Shown here: positions 1-8,122 of the stretch, one piece after another
Numbering within the stretch: position 1 is the first letter of the stretch
Layout: each line of letters begins with the position of its first letter
Source: Elusimicrobiota bacterium
Lineage (GTDB): Bacteria; Elusimicrobiota; Elusimicrobia; Elusimicrobiales; UBA9959
Direction of reading: 5' to 3'
Assembly (NCBI GenBank): GCA_012517285.1
Contig: JAAYVG010000034.1
Coordinates: 41,483 to 105,482 of the forward strand
DNA length: 64,000 nucleotides
Translations under genes and position numbers: made by a program
The notes under the pieces: model-generated
Database searches by the model: none
Seen by the model: the letters and a program-made list of their open reading frames with translations, nothing else
Told to the model about the DNA's origin: nothing

Positions 1-1
1 A

Positions 2-1480
2 CTCTATTTAGCTATGACAGACCCGAGGGATTTTATGGTCATAGAGGATATATTTCTAAGAACTGGGTATAGTGTTGAGCCATATTTATCATTGCCTCAC
101 TGGATATCCAAGGTCATAGATCGTTCCTACGGCGTAGAATCATCAGCAAATGTTAAAAAGATTGTAGATGAAATAACACAAAAGGCTGAGGAGAGTGAAA
201 TATCAAGGATAGAGAATGTAGAAAAAAAGGATATAACCGATATAGATCCATCAGCTCCTGAGGTTGAAAAGATAGTCAATGGTATATTCTTAGGTGCAAT
301 ATCTCAAAAAGCGAGTGATATACACATAGAGCCATTTGAGGACCCATCACAAAAAAACTCAAAGGTTATGGTGAGGTACAGAGTGGATGGGGTTTTGAAG
401 TTAGCACCGTTTAACATACCATGGAGCTTCAGGAATGCTATAATAGCAAAGATAAAGATATTAACCAATTCAATGAATATAACTGAGAGAAGGGTTCCTC
501 AGAGTGGAAGGATACAGTTGATAGCCAAGGGTAGTCCTATAGAGTTCAGGGTTGAGGTTATCCCGACAGTTTATGGTGAATCTTGTGTTATGCGTATACT
601 TGATAGGAAGGCAGTTCAGGTTGATATAAAAAAACTTGCGTTTCTTGATGATACTCTTGAAAAATTTTTAAATCTCTTGAGTGGCATAGGTGGAAAGAAA
701 AATTTTGGTCTTATTCTTGTCTGTGGTCCTACTGGTTCTGGTAAATCAACAACACTATATGCAGCACTCAATTATATAAACAGGCCTGATATAAAGATTT
801 TGACTGCTGAAAATCCTGTGGAATACAACCTTGATGGAATAGTTCAGGTTCCTGTAAATCCTGATATAAAATTGGGTGAGGATAAAAGATTTGATTTTTC
901 ACTCGCACTTAGGTCTTTTTTAAGGCTTGATCCTGATGTGATAATGGTTGGTGAAATAAGAGATAAAGAAACAGCAGAGATTGCAATGGAAGCGGCTATG
1001 ACAGGTCATTTGGTCTTTTCAACCATACATACAAATGATGCTCCATCAAGCATATCAAGGCTTATAGAGATGGGAATACCTGGTTATATAGTTGCATCAA
1101 CCCTTAAAGCAGTGCTTGCTCAGAGGCTTAGCAGACGTCTTTGTGATGATTGCAAGGAGCCATATGATCCAAAGCCTGAGGAGATAGAGGTATTCAAGGC
1201 AAACGGGGTTGATATCCCCCCAGCTACAAAGTTTTATAAACCAGTGGGTTGTAAAAACTGTAATAACACAGGATTTAAGGGGAGGCTTGGCATACACGAA
1301 TTGCTTGTTATGGATGATAAGATAAGAGAGTTTATGCTTAAGGAATATGCGAGTGATCCATTAAGAAAGCTTGCAATATCTGACGGTATGAGACCTCTTA
1401 TATCAGACGGGTTGTTCAAGGTTATCAAGGGTTGGACTACTGTTAAGGAGGTGATAGGTGGAGCAGCTTATTCAGGCTAA
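2..1480 (+). CDS. pilB: Type IV pilus / type II secretion assembly ATPase (PilB/GspE family), probably 5'-truncated by the window edge
   Basis: Walker A GPTGSGKST. C-terminal tetracysteine CDDC...CKNC is typical of GspE/PilB ATPases. The frame stays open from the ATG at 14 back to the window start. Confidence 0.88.
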   Translation, partial: LYLAMTDPRDFMVIEDIFLRTGYSVEPYLSLPHWISKVIDRSYGVESSANVKKIVDEITQKAEESEISRIENVEKKDITDIDPSAPEVEKIVNGIFLGAISQKASDIHIEPFEDPSQKNSKVMVRYRVDGVLKLAPFNIPWSFRNAIIAKIKILTNSMNITERRVPQSGRIQLIAKGSPIEFRVEVIPTVYGESCVMRILDRKAVQVDIKKLAFLDDTLEKFLNLLSGIGGKKNFGLILVCGPTGSGKSTTLYAALNYINRPDIKILTAENPVEYNLDGIVQVPVNPDIKLGEDKRFDFSLALRSFLRLDPDVIMVGEIRDKETAEIAMEAAMTGHLVFSTIHTNDAPSSISRLIEMGIPGYIVASTLKAVLAQRLSRRLCDDCKEPYDPKPEEIEVFKANGVDIPPATKFYKPVGCKNCNNTGFKGRLGIHELLVMDDKIREFMLKEYASDPLRKLAISDGMRPLISDGLFKVIKGWTTVKEVIGGAAYSG

Positions 1481-2324
1481 GGATAGAAGTGGGCCTTTTT
1501 TCAAGGATAAAGAGATAGAGGATATATTTGATTTAAAATTTTATCATCCACTCGGATATTGCATAGCTATTTTTTTTAATAGATTAAACTTTTCCCCCAA
1601 CACTGTTTCATTTATAAGCATGATAATAGGGCTTATTGGTGGAGCTCTTATTTATTATGATCATCTGATCGCTGCATCGGCTCTTATAGTTTTAACAAGC
1701 GTGCTTGATAGCTCAGATGGTCAGTTGGCAAGGATGAGTGGGAAGAGATCTGTTTATGGCAGGATAATAGATGGTCTCGTTGGTTATGTTGTTTTTACAT
1801 CAATTTATCTGGCCATAGGTTTTGCTTATTACCATAGATATGGTTATATAATATTTGTTCTTATGATATTGGCTGGGGTTTCTAATGCGGTTCAAAACAG
1901 CGTCTATGATTTTTACAGAACTGCTTTTTTAAGTGTTTCTAAAAATGATTATTCAGATTTTTTTGATCATAATAGAAGTGGATTTTTTTCAATGATTTAT
2001 GATATATATAATTCTTATCAAAGAGCTCTGTGCAAGTGGCATCTTAAATTTTTGAGTCTTGTTGTCGAACTGAAAAAGTCAAAGTTAAACACTGATGAAA
2101 TAAAGGCTTACAGGGAAAAGATGCTTAAAAACATACAGTTTGTAAACCTACTTGGTGATAACTGGAAGATAAATGGCATCATAATTTTATCACTTGTGGG
2201 CAGGATTGATCTTTTTTTCTGGTATGTGATTATAGTTTTAAATATATTTCTTATAATTGCTCTTTTAAGGCAGAGGAAGATAGACAGGGAAATAATAGGC
2301 TCGTGGATGAGCAAAGCAGTTTGA
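1458..2324 (+). CDS. CDP-alcohol phosphatidyltransferase family membrane protein
   Basis: DSSDGQLAR-x8-G-x3-D motif and several hydrophobic helices. GTG start lies 6 nt after AAGGAGG (1445-1451). Overlaps the pilB end by 23 nt. Confidence 0.75.
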   Translation: MEQLIQAKDRSGPFFKDKEIEDIFDLKFYHPLGYCIAIFFNRLNFSPNTVSFISMIIGLIGGALIYYDHLIAASALIVLTSVLDSSDGQLARMSGKRSVYGRIIDGLVGYVVFTSIYLAIGFAYYHRYGYIIFVLMILAGVSNAVQNSVYDFYRTAFLSVSKNDYSDFFDHNRSGFFSMIYDIYNSYQRALCKWHLKFLSLVVELKKSKLNTDEIKAYREKMLKNIQFVNLLGDNWKINGIIILSLVGRIDLFFWYVIIVLNIFLIIALLRQRKIDREIIGSWMSKAV

Positions 2325-2347
2325 TAAACAACTATTTTGGAGGTGTT

Positions 2348-3070
2348 ATGAAAATGAAAAAAATATTATTGTGTATTATGATGATATCAGGGCTTTCTTT
2401 GAAAGCTTTTTCAAGTGATTATTCAAACTTTAAGAATGCTGATATAAAATCAATAAGAGCATTTACAAAGGATCTTGGAAATATTGTTGGGGGATCGACC
2501 CTTTACAGTGCAAGGGCATTGGGTTTTGGTGGATTTGATATAAGCTACAAGGGAGCATATCAGATAAAACCATCATTAAATGATACGGTTTATGAGAAAA
2601 ACAAGGTTTTTGGTATAGACTATATTCAGATGGGGCTTGGACTTCCATACAGACTTGATACATATATACGATATGGTGGTAATGATGGATTGAATGTAAT
2701 AGGTGGTGGTGTAAGATACGGTCTTACAAATGTTAACGATCAGCTTTATAAATTTAATGTTATGATATCATTAAACTATAATATGGGACTTTACAAGGAT
2801 TTTTATATGCTTGATTATGGGGCTCAGCTGGCTGTCTCTATGAAATTATCTAATTATGTTATCCCTTATATCAGCGGTGGAATAGATAGCCTCAAATTGA
2901 AGGTTCAAAACAGCAACACTTCAGAGCTTGAGGGTAAAAGTATTTATGATGATATTGAAAGATACACTGTTGGCTTGAGATTTAAGATAAAATGGTTTAA
3001 CATATCAGCGGCTTATGACCTTTATGATACAAGAAGTGGATTTAATGCATCACTTGGAGCAAGGTTTTAA
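2348..3070 (+). CDS. Secreted outer-membrane beta-barrel-like protein, family unknown
   Basis: GGAGG at 2339-2343 followed by ATG at 2348. Signal peptide MKMKKILLCIMMISGLSLKAFS. Gly/Tyr-rich alternating pattern. C-terminal ...LGARF aromatic terminus. Confidence 0.55.
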   Translation: MKMKKILLCIMMISGLSLKAFSSDYSNFKNADIKSIRAFTKDLGNIVGGSTLYSARALGFGGFDISYKGAYQIKPSLNDTVYEKNKVFGIDYIQMGLGLPYRLDTYIRYGGNDGLNVIGGGVRYGLTNVNDQLYKFNVMISLNYNMGLYKDFYMLDYGAQLAVSMKLSNYVIPYISGGIDSLKLKVQNSNTSELEGKSIYDDIERYTVGLRFKIKWFNISAAYDLYDTRSGFNASLGARF

Positions 3071-3119
3071 AACAGTGGCAGGACGATAAATTTACTTCAG
3101 TTTTTATTATTATCCATTT

Positions 3120-3575
3120 TTATCGCAATTCTTTTCTTGTCTGCCTTTGAATATCCTTTTCTTTCAAATATTCTTTCTTATCGTATCTTTTTCTTCCCCT
3201 TGCCACTGCTAACTTTATTTTTGCCCAGCCGTGTTCTAAAAACATTTCAAGAGGGATAAGGCTGTAACCCTTTTTTTCCGTCTGAGCTTTTATTCTTTTT
3301 ATTTCATTTTTTTTGAGGAGAAGCTTTCTTGTTCTGAACTCATCTATGCTTTTAATTGTATTGAACTCATATGCAGATATCTGGGCACCGTACAAAAAGA
3401 CCTCATCATTTTCAATCTTTGCAAAAGCAGAGTTTAAATTTATATGTTTCAACCTTACTGATTTTATCTCAGGACCTAATAAAACTATTCCAGCTGTATA
3501 TGTTTCTATTATTTCGTAATCAAACCTTGCCCTTCTATTTGTTGCGACTATTTCTTTTTCATCTCTTTTTTTCAT
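3120..3575 (-). CDS. smpB: SsrA-binding protein SmpB
   Basis: N-terminus MKKRDEKEIVATNRRARFDYEI plus GIVLLGPEIKSVR match the SmpB signature. The ORF is open to 3602, but the ATG at 3575 gives the canonical length. Confidence 0.9.
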   Translation of the reverse strand: MKKRDEKEIVATNRRARFDYEIIETYTAGIVLLGPEIKSVRLKHINLNSAFAKIENDEVFLYGAQISAYEFNTIKSIDEFRTRKLLLKKNEIKRIKAQTEKKGYSLIPLEMFLEHGWAKIKLAVARGRKRYDKKEYLKEKDIQRQTRKELR

Positions 3576-3613
3576 AAAATATAGTTTAGCAATTTTTATC
3601 ATCGAGATGAAAA

Positions 3614-3738
3614 CAGATGTCAGAAAACAGAGGACAGAAAACAGAAGGCAGAAGTCAGAAGACAGAAGACAGAACTTAAAGGAACTCCTTATTTATCGGA
3701 TATCTGTCTTCTGACCTCTGATTTTAGACTTCTGACCC
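3614..3738. repeat. Heptamer-array hairpin module: 9 in-phase CAGNNNN units, a core, then 5 inverted CTGNNNN-type units
   Basis: CAG occurs at 3614, 3621, 3628, 3635, 3642, 3649, 3656, 3663 and 3670, an exact 7-nt phase. Core AAGGAACTCCTTATTTATC lies at 3679-3697. Inverted units span 3704-3738. Confidence 0.85.
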
Positions 3739-3769
3739 AGCCTACGCCGAAACGGCTTCGGCGGGCAGG
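3736..3769. repeat. GC-rich palindromic (REP-like) element, copy 1
   Basis: CCCAGCCTACGCCGAAACGGCTTCGGCGGGCAGG. Same family as the copies at 5062, 9136, 22983, 38703, 38896, 47308 and 61972. Confidence 0.85.
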
Positions 3770-3838
3770 CACTGATCACTGCCCACTATTTTGGCTTTGC
3801 TGATCACTGCCCACTGATCACTGACCACTATTTGTATT

Positions 3839-3924
3839 GCCGAAGTGGCGGAATTGGTAGACGCGTACGGCTCAGGACCGTATATCCTTCACTGGATTTG
3901 AGGGTTCGAATCCCTCCTTCGGCA
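3839..3924 (+). tRNA. tRNA-Leu (anticodon CAG), no encoded CCA
   Basis: Folds as a class II tRNA: acceptor GCCGAAG/CTTCGGC, anticodon stem TACGG/CCGTA with loop CTCAGGA, long variable arm, T-loop GGTTCGAATCC. Very similar to E. coli tRNA-Leu(CAG). Confidence 0.93.
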
Positions 3925-4260
3925 TGCTGGTGCTAAATCCCGATAGAATCGGGATGCGGAAATTCGCCTGCCCGCAGCCCGATTTGAGCTTACAAAAGGG
4001 CGAGGTGAGGACTACCTTTAGAGCGAAGCATGTTATGCTTTGCGTGTAGTCCGCAAGGCCGGAAACAATTTTTGTAATTAAAAAATTGTTGAGGCGGGGT
4101 CGCGGAAACCCAGTGGAATAATTTGCTTCGCAAATTAAAATCCAAAGGATTTTATTCCACGGGGTTATCAGTGACCGGCCTGCGAGACCCAGTGGAATAA
4201 TTTGCTTTGCAAATTAAAATCCGAAGGATTTTATTCCACGGGGTACTTGTAGGAGAATCC
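3925..4260 (+). ncRNA. Candidate structured ncRNA of unknown class
   Basis: Locally GC-enriched in an AT-rich genome. Nested helices: 3937-3944/3948-3955, 4009-4015/4046-4052, 4023-4031/4035-4043 (includes one G-T pair that works only on the plus strand), 4064-4073/4081-4090, plus two 58-nt three-way-junction modules. No RBS-preceded ORF. Confidence 0.4.
4108..4244 (+). repeat. Tandem duplication of a 58-nt module (4108-4165 and 4187-4244)
   Basis: 56 of 58 nt are identical. Each copy folds as an outer stem GTGGAATAA/TTATTCCAC plus CCC/GGG, enclosing hairpins ATTTGC-loop-GCAAAT and AAATCC-loop-GGATTT. Both substitutions fall in hairpin loops. Confidence 0.8.
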
Positions 4261-4363
4261 CTCATTTGCCACATAAATAGTAAAGATTGATTAGTGTTCA
4301 GTAAGCAGATTTTATATAAAGGGATATATAATTATTAGTTCTATTTACTGACTTATTAACTCA

Positions 4364-4379
4364 TGGATTTCAGTTTGCT
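4364..4379 (+). promoter_or_regulatory. Sigma-54-like -24/-12 element upstream of the pilin gene
   Basis: TGGATTTCAGTTTGCT has GG and GC at the canonical 12-nt register and a TTGCT -12 box, about 60 nt upstream of the ATG at 4441. Confidence 0.35.
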
Positions 4380-4380
4380 G

Positions 4381-4410
4381 TTGACAGCGTATCTAAAATA
4401 TGGTAAAAAT
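4381..4410 (+). promoter_or_regulatory. Sigma-70-like promoter candidate for the pilin gene
   Basis: TTGACA at 4381-4386, a 17-nt spacer, then TGG-TAAAAA, an extended -10-like box at 4401-4409. Confidence 0.35.
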
Positions 4411-4440
4411 TAATTATAGTTTAAAAATTAGGAGGAATAG

Positions 4441-4920
4441 ATGAAAAAGAAAGGATTCACTCTGGTTGAGTTAATGATAGTAATAGTCATTATCGGTATA
4501 TTGGCTGCTGTTGCTGTTCCAAAGTTTGCTGATATGGTTGATAAGTCAAAGGAAGGTGCTACAAAGGCACAGCTTACAGCCATAAGAGGAGCTCTTCAGG
4601 TTTACTACGGTGACAATGAAGGAAAGTTTCCTCTGGATAAGGACACTGTTAATGGGAGTTCTACAACAGTACTTACAACCTCTCTTATCCCAAAGTATAT
4701 ATCTGATATAGGTCTGGCAAAGCTTCCTCATAAGGGCGGTAATAATAATTGTGCGACTGAGTCTAGTACTGTTTATAAGGTTGCCATCCCTACTGCAAAC
4801 GTAAGCGCTACTCAGGGCGGTTGGGCTTATGACAGTGATGATGCAAACAACACATGGGGTGATTTAAGGGTTAATTGTAAGGGCAATGACCTAAATGGTA
4901 AACCATGGACAACTTATTAA
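4441..4920 (+). CDS. Type IV pilin / pseudopilin with prepilin-type N-terminal cleavage-methylation domain
   Basis: MKKKGFTLVELMIVIVIIGILAAVAVPKF is the class III signal. AGGAGG RBS at 4430-4435. C-terminal Cys pair (C104 in NNNCATE, C146 in VNCKG). Confidence 0.9.
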   Translation: MKKKGFTLVELMIVIVIIGILAAVAVPKFADMVDKSKEGATKAQLTAIRGALQVYYGDNEGKFPLDKDTVNGSSTTVLTTSLIPKYISDIGLAKLPHKGGNNNCATESSTVYKVAIPTANVSATQGGWAYDSDDANNTWGDLRVNCKGNDLNGKPWTTY

Positions 4921-4947
4921 TTACAGGTAAGAAAGTTCTGTAGAATT

Positions 4948-4980
4948 AAAAGCCCTCCGGGATCCGGAGGGCTTTTTTAT
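4948..4980 (+). terminator. Rho-independent terminator of the pilin gene
   Basis: AGCCCTCCGG (4951-4960) pairs with CCGGAGGGCT (4964-4973) and is followed by a TTTTTT run. Confidence 0.85.
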
Positions 4981-5002
4981 TTTAAAATTTTGCGTTTTGA
5001 CT

Positions 5003-5131
5003 CTTCTTCCCAAACAACTAGACAACCAGATAACTAAATAACTAATTAGTCCGTTTTCTGTCCCTGCCTGCGCCGAAGCGGCTTCGGCAGGCAGGATCTG
5101 ACTTCTGACATCTGTTTACATCCTGATGATT
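5003..5131. repeat. Composite intergenic repeat: arm, GC palindrome, CTG heptamers and head
   Basis: Arm TCTTCTTCCCAAACAACTAGACAACCAGATAACTAAATAACTAATTAG at 5003-5049. Palindrome CCCTGCCTGCGCCGAAGCGGCTTCGGCAGGCAGG at 5062-5095. CTGACTT CTGACAT CTGTTTA at 5098-5118. Head ATCTGTTTACATCCTGATGATT at 5110-5131. Confidence 0.8.
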
Positions 5132-5133
5132 AA

Positions 5134-5472
5134 TCAGTGGTTGGTATTTAGGTCCTTTATTATAGATTTTATCTCTTCGTTTATATGCTTTAAAAGCATA
5201 CTATTTTTAGAAGTTTTATCTGATGCTGACTCATTAGTCTTTGCGTTCAAAACATTCTTTACCCCTGTGATTGAATAACCCTTTATGTATATTAGCTCTT
5301 TTATCAAAAGAATATTTTCTATATCATTTTTTGTATATCTTCTGTGTCTGCTCTCAAGCCTTATAGGTCTTATTATCTTAAACTTCTCTTCCCAGTATCT
5401 TATTACATAAGGTTTTATCCCAGTTATTTCTGAGGCTTCCTTTATTGTGTAGTAATTTTTTTTAAGGTTCAT
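5134..5472 (-). CDS. MerR-family HTH transcriptional regulator (short, DNA-binding domain only)
   Basis: YTIKEASEITGIKPYVIRYWEEKF...RHRRYTKNDIENILLIKEL is a MerR-type wHTH. Confidence 0.8.
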   Translation of the reverse strand: MNLKKNYYTIKEASEITGIKPYVIRYWEEKFKIIRPIRLESRHRRYTKNDIENILLIKELIYIKGYSITGVKNVLNAKTNESASDKTSKNSMLLKHINEEIKSIIKDLNTNH

Positions 5473-5729
5473 TTAAAAAAGCGTCTGGATGGCTTGAATC
5501 TCAGCTTTTTAAGTGGACCAACCATAACCTTTTGGTTTGTTCTTGGATTTCTTCTCAATGCTGGCAAATGTTCAACAACTTTAAATGTTCCAAAGCCTGA
5601 TATAACCACCTTTTCCCCTTTTTTTAACGAGTCTTTGATCAGGTCAAATACTCTGTCAACTATCATCTGTGAATCTGATTCCTTAGGAAGAATATTTGAT
5701 ATATTATCAATTATCTGTTTCTTGTTCAT
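5469..5729 (-). CDS. HU/IHF-family DNA-binding protein
   Basis: ISGFGTFKVVEHLPALRRNPRTNQKVMVGPLKKLRFKPS contains the HU/IHF beta-arm signature. Confidence 0.85.
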   Translation of the reverse strand: MNKKQIIDNISNILPKESDSQMIVDRVFDLIKDSLKKGEKVVISGFGTFKVVEHLPALRRNPRTNQKVMVGPLKKLRFKPSRRFFK

Positions 5730-6237
5730 CTTTACCTTCTTTTTCCTTTTTAGGAGGATTATCGCCTATTATGTCCTTTGGGGTCAGGTTCTTAAGCTTT
5801 TCCTTAAATGTTTTTATCTCCTCATCGCTTATAGGTTTTGCAAGGACCTGAGAGTGTTCAAAGACATCTTCGCTTATATATATCGGTGAACCACTCCTTA
5901 CGCTCAATGCTATTGCATCCGATGGCCTTGAATCTATTTCTATAGTCTTGTTATCGTTGTATGATATGTATATTTTTGAAAAATATGTATTTTCACTTAT
6001 GCCACTTATAAGAACTTTAGTAACCCTTGCTCCTATGTCTCTTATAACTCTGTAGAGCAGATCATGAGTCATCGGTCGCGGTGAAACATATCCTGACATC
6101 TTTATTGCTATTGACTGTGCTTCAAAAGGACCTATCCATATCGGTAAAATTCTTATACCATCAACCTCATCCAAGAATATTATTGATTCTGTAAGGCTTG
6201 AAGCTATAGAATAAATTTTAACTAGTATTTCTTTCAT
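5707..6237 (-). CDS. Bifunctional nuclease (BFN/DUF151) domain protein
   Basis: LPIWIGPFEAQSIAIKM...RPMTHDLL...IDSRPSDAIALS pattern, characteristic of the DUF151 family. Confidence 0.65.
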   Translation of the reverse strand: MKEILVKIYSIASSLTESIIFLDEVDGIRILPIWIGPFEAQSIAIKMSGYVSPRPMTHDLLYRVIRDIGARVTKVLISGISENTYFSKIYISYNDNKTIEIDSRPSDAIALSVRSGSPIYISEDVFEHSQVLAKPISDEEIKTFKEKLKNLTPKDIIGDNPPKKEKEGKDEQETDN

Positions 6238-6241
6238 AATT

Positions 6242-6829
6242 TTATTTATTGCTGTTATACCTCAGCTCTTCTCCTTTTAAAAGTCTTTTTATGTTCGGTA
6301 TATGTGTTATGAATATAACTATTGATGCTATTACTATCAGTATCTTAAACTCGGGGCTTTTATTGAGTATCAGTGAGGATATCATAAATATAAGAGTTGC
6401 TGAGAGAGTTCCCAATGATACAAAGCCTGATGTTCTTGTTACTAATAAAAAAACTATCATTGCTATTATTAAAGTGTAAGGGGTTATCACCATAAAGACA
6501 CCTGTTGATGTAGCCACCCCTTTGCCACCTTTAAAACTGAGAAAGAGTGTGAATATGTGTCCTAATATCGCAAGTAAACCTGCAAGCATAATAAGATATG
6601 GACTTGTAAAATATATTGTTGCTATATATGTTGGAATAACCCCCTTTAAAAAATCAAATATCAGTGTTACTATTCCCCATCTATTTCCAAGTACCCTGTA
6701 AACATTTGTTGCTCCAACATTGCCAGAGCCATGATGTCTTATATCAATATTGTTTAACTTGCCAACAATATACGCTGTCGGTATAGACCCTATTACATAG
6801 CTTAAAAGACATATTAAAAATATCTCCAT
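6242..6829 (-). CDS. plsY: Glycerol-3-phosphate acyltransferase PlsY
   Basis: GSIPTAYIVGKL...DIRHHGSGNVGATNVYRVLG...KGGKGVATS in a polytopic membrane protein. Confidence 0.9.
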   Translation of the reverse strand: MEIFLICLLSYVIGSIPTAYIVGKLNNIDIRHHGSGNVGATNVYRVLGNRWGIVTLIFDFLKGVIPTYIATIYFTSPYLIMLAGLLAILGHIFTLFLSFKGGKGVATSTGVFMVITPYTLIIAMIVFLLVTRTSGFVSLGTLSATLIFMISSLILNKSPEFKILIVIASIVIFITHIPNIKRLLKGEELRYNSNK

Positions 6830-6850
6830 AATTTTATTATATTATAAAAA

Positions 6851-8122
6851 TCATTGCTCTGTAAATGTATGAATTTCTACTATTGATTTTAAATTCTTAA
6901 GCCGGTTTATATTTTCTTGGGTTGATTTTATATTAAATATTATCTGATTTTTTTTGTATCCTTCTCCTGTTATAAAAAAGTGTTTTCTTATATTATCAAT
7001 TATTTTAGTGTCATAGTTATTCAGTTTTACTGTATAATTCTTCCATCTGTAGCCTAATTTTTCTTCAACCTTTTTTAATAGTTCATCAAGTCCTTGTTTT
7101 TTAGAGGCAGAGATAAACACAGGGTCAAGCCAGTTAAATCTTTCTTTTATGGTTTGTAGTTCATTTATAATATCAATCTTATTAAACACATTTATAATAG
7201 GTATATCACTTGCTCCTATCTCAGCAAGTGTTTTTTTTACAACTTCATTGTGTCCTTTGATATCTGCAGTCAAATCGTGCAAATGAATTATAAGATCTGA
7301 GTATTTTATTTCCTCAAGAGTGGATGAAAAAGCCATTATCAATAGATGTGGAAGATTGTTTATAAATCCAACTGTATCTGTAAATATTGCAAAAAAATTT
7401 CCGCTGATCCTTACCCTTCTTGATGTTGGATCAAGCGTTGCAAAAAGTCTGTTATCTGCATATACATCATCCTTTCCTGATAAAGAATTTATCAATGTAG
7501 ATTTTCCTGCATTTGTATATCCTACTATGGACACAACAGGAAGAGGAATTGAAAGTCTTTTTTCTCTTTTTACCTCACGGCTTTTCCTTATCTTTTCTAT
7601 ATTTTTTGATATAAGAGATATTCTTTCCCTTAGTTTTCTTCTGTCATATTCTATTTTTCTTTCACCACTTCCACCTCTTATTCCCACTACTCCATACTGC
7701 TGGTCCATACTCTTGCCATATCCAGAAAGCCTTGAAAGATTGTATTTTAAATCAGCTAATTCCACCTGAAGTTTTCCCTCCATTGTCTTTGCCCTTTGTT
7801 TGAATATCCTAATGATAAGCAGTGATTTATCCATAACATCAACATCCCAGCTTTCACTAAGATTCCTTTGTTGTGCAGGAGTTAATGATACATTAAAAAC
7901 AACAAGTTTTATCCCCTCTTTTACTATCATCTCTTTTATCTCAAGAGCCTTACCGCTTCCAATATAGAGGGAAGGGTTTATCCTGTCTATGTTTATCATC
8001 AGGGTATCAGCATCCTTGATTAAATATGTATATAAAAGGCTTTTGAGTTCCGTTGCTTCATATTCATAGCTTAAATCGCCCTTCTTATTAGCAAGACGAA
8101 CTACTATTACAAGAGCTTTCAT
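6851..8122 (-). CDS. hflX: GTPase HflX
   Basis: HflX N-domain followed by G1 GYTNAGKST, FATLDPTSRR and TDTVGFI. Confidence 0.9.
   Translation of the reverse strand: MKALVIVVRLANKKGDLSYEYEATELKSLLYTYLIKDADTLMINIDRINPSLYIGSGKALEIKEMIVKEGIKLVVFNVSLTPAQQRNLSESWDVDVMDKSLLIIRIFKQRAKTMEGKLQVELADLKYNLSRLSGYGKSMDQQYGVVGIRGGSGERKIEYDRRKLRERISLISKNIEKIRKSREVKREKRLSIPLPVVSIVGYTNAGKSTLINSLSGKDDVYADNRLFATLDPTSRRVRISGNFFAIFTDTVGFINNLPHLLIMAFSSTLEEIKYSDLIIHLHDLTADIKGHNEVVKKTLAEIGASDIPIINVFNKIDIINELQTIKERFNWLDPVFISASKKQGLDELLKKVEEKLGYRWKNYTVKLNNYDTKIIDNIRKHFFITGEGYKKNQIIFNIKSTQENINRLKNLKSIVEIHTFTEQ

Noticed and set aside
3924-4046. 40-codon ORF starting at the last base of tRNA-Leu (MLVLNPDRIGMRKFACPQPDLSLQKGEVRTTFRAKHVMLCV)
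   Set aside because: It has no RBS and overlaps a tRNA end. It stays open simply because the region is GC-rich and structured. I consider it non-coding.
3925-4260. RNase P RNA, SRP RNA, 6S RNA, or a cobalamin/c-di-GMP/glycine riboswitch as the identity of the structured segment
   Set aside because: The segment lacks the conserved cores I know: GAGGAAAGTCC and ACAGAANCCGGCTTA of RNase P, the SRP helix-8 GGAA/AGCA motifs, the B12 box context and the GEMM consensus. It also lies upstream of the pilin promoters rather than in a 5' leader.
3603-4440. tmRNA (ssrA) expected next to smpB
   Set aside because: The only tRNA-like T-arm and acceptor here belong to a complete tRNA-Leu. On neither strand is there a GGGG...alanyl acceptor, a tag-peptide ORF ending in a stop, or a second GGTTCGAATCC-type arm.
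3839-5131. Genomic island or prophage integrated at tRNA-Leu or tRNA-Gly
   Set aside because: There is no integrase, excisionase or phage gene near either tRNA, and no duplicated tRNA 3' end. The flanking genes are housekeeping. Only the short 5'-end duplicate at tRNA-Gly is reported, as a repeat-insertion signature.
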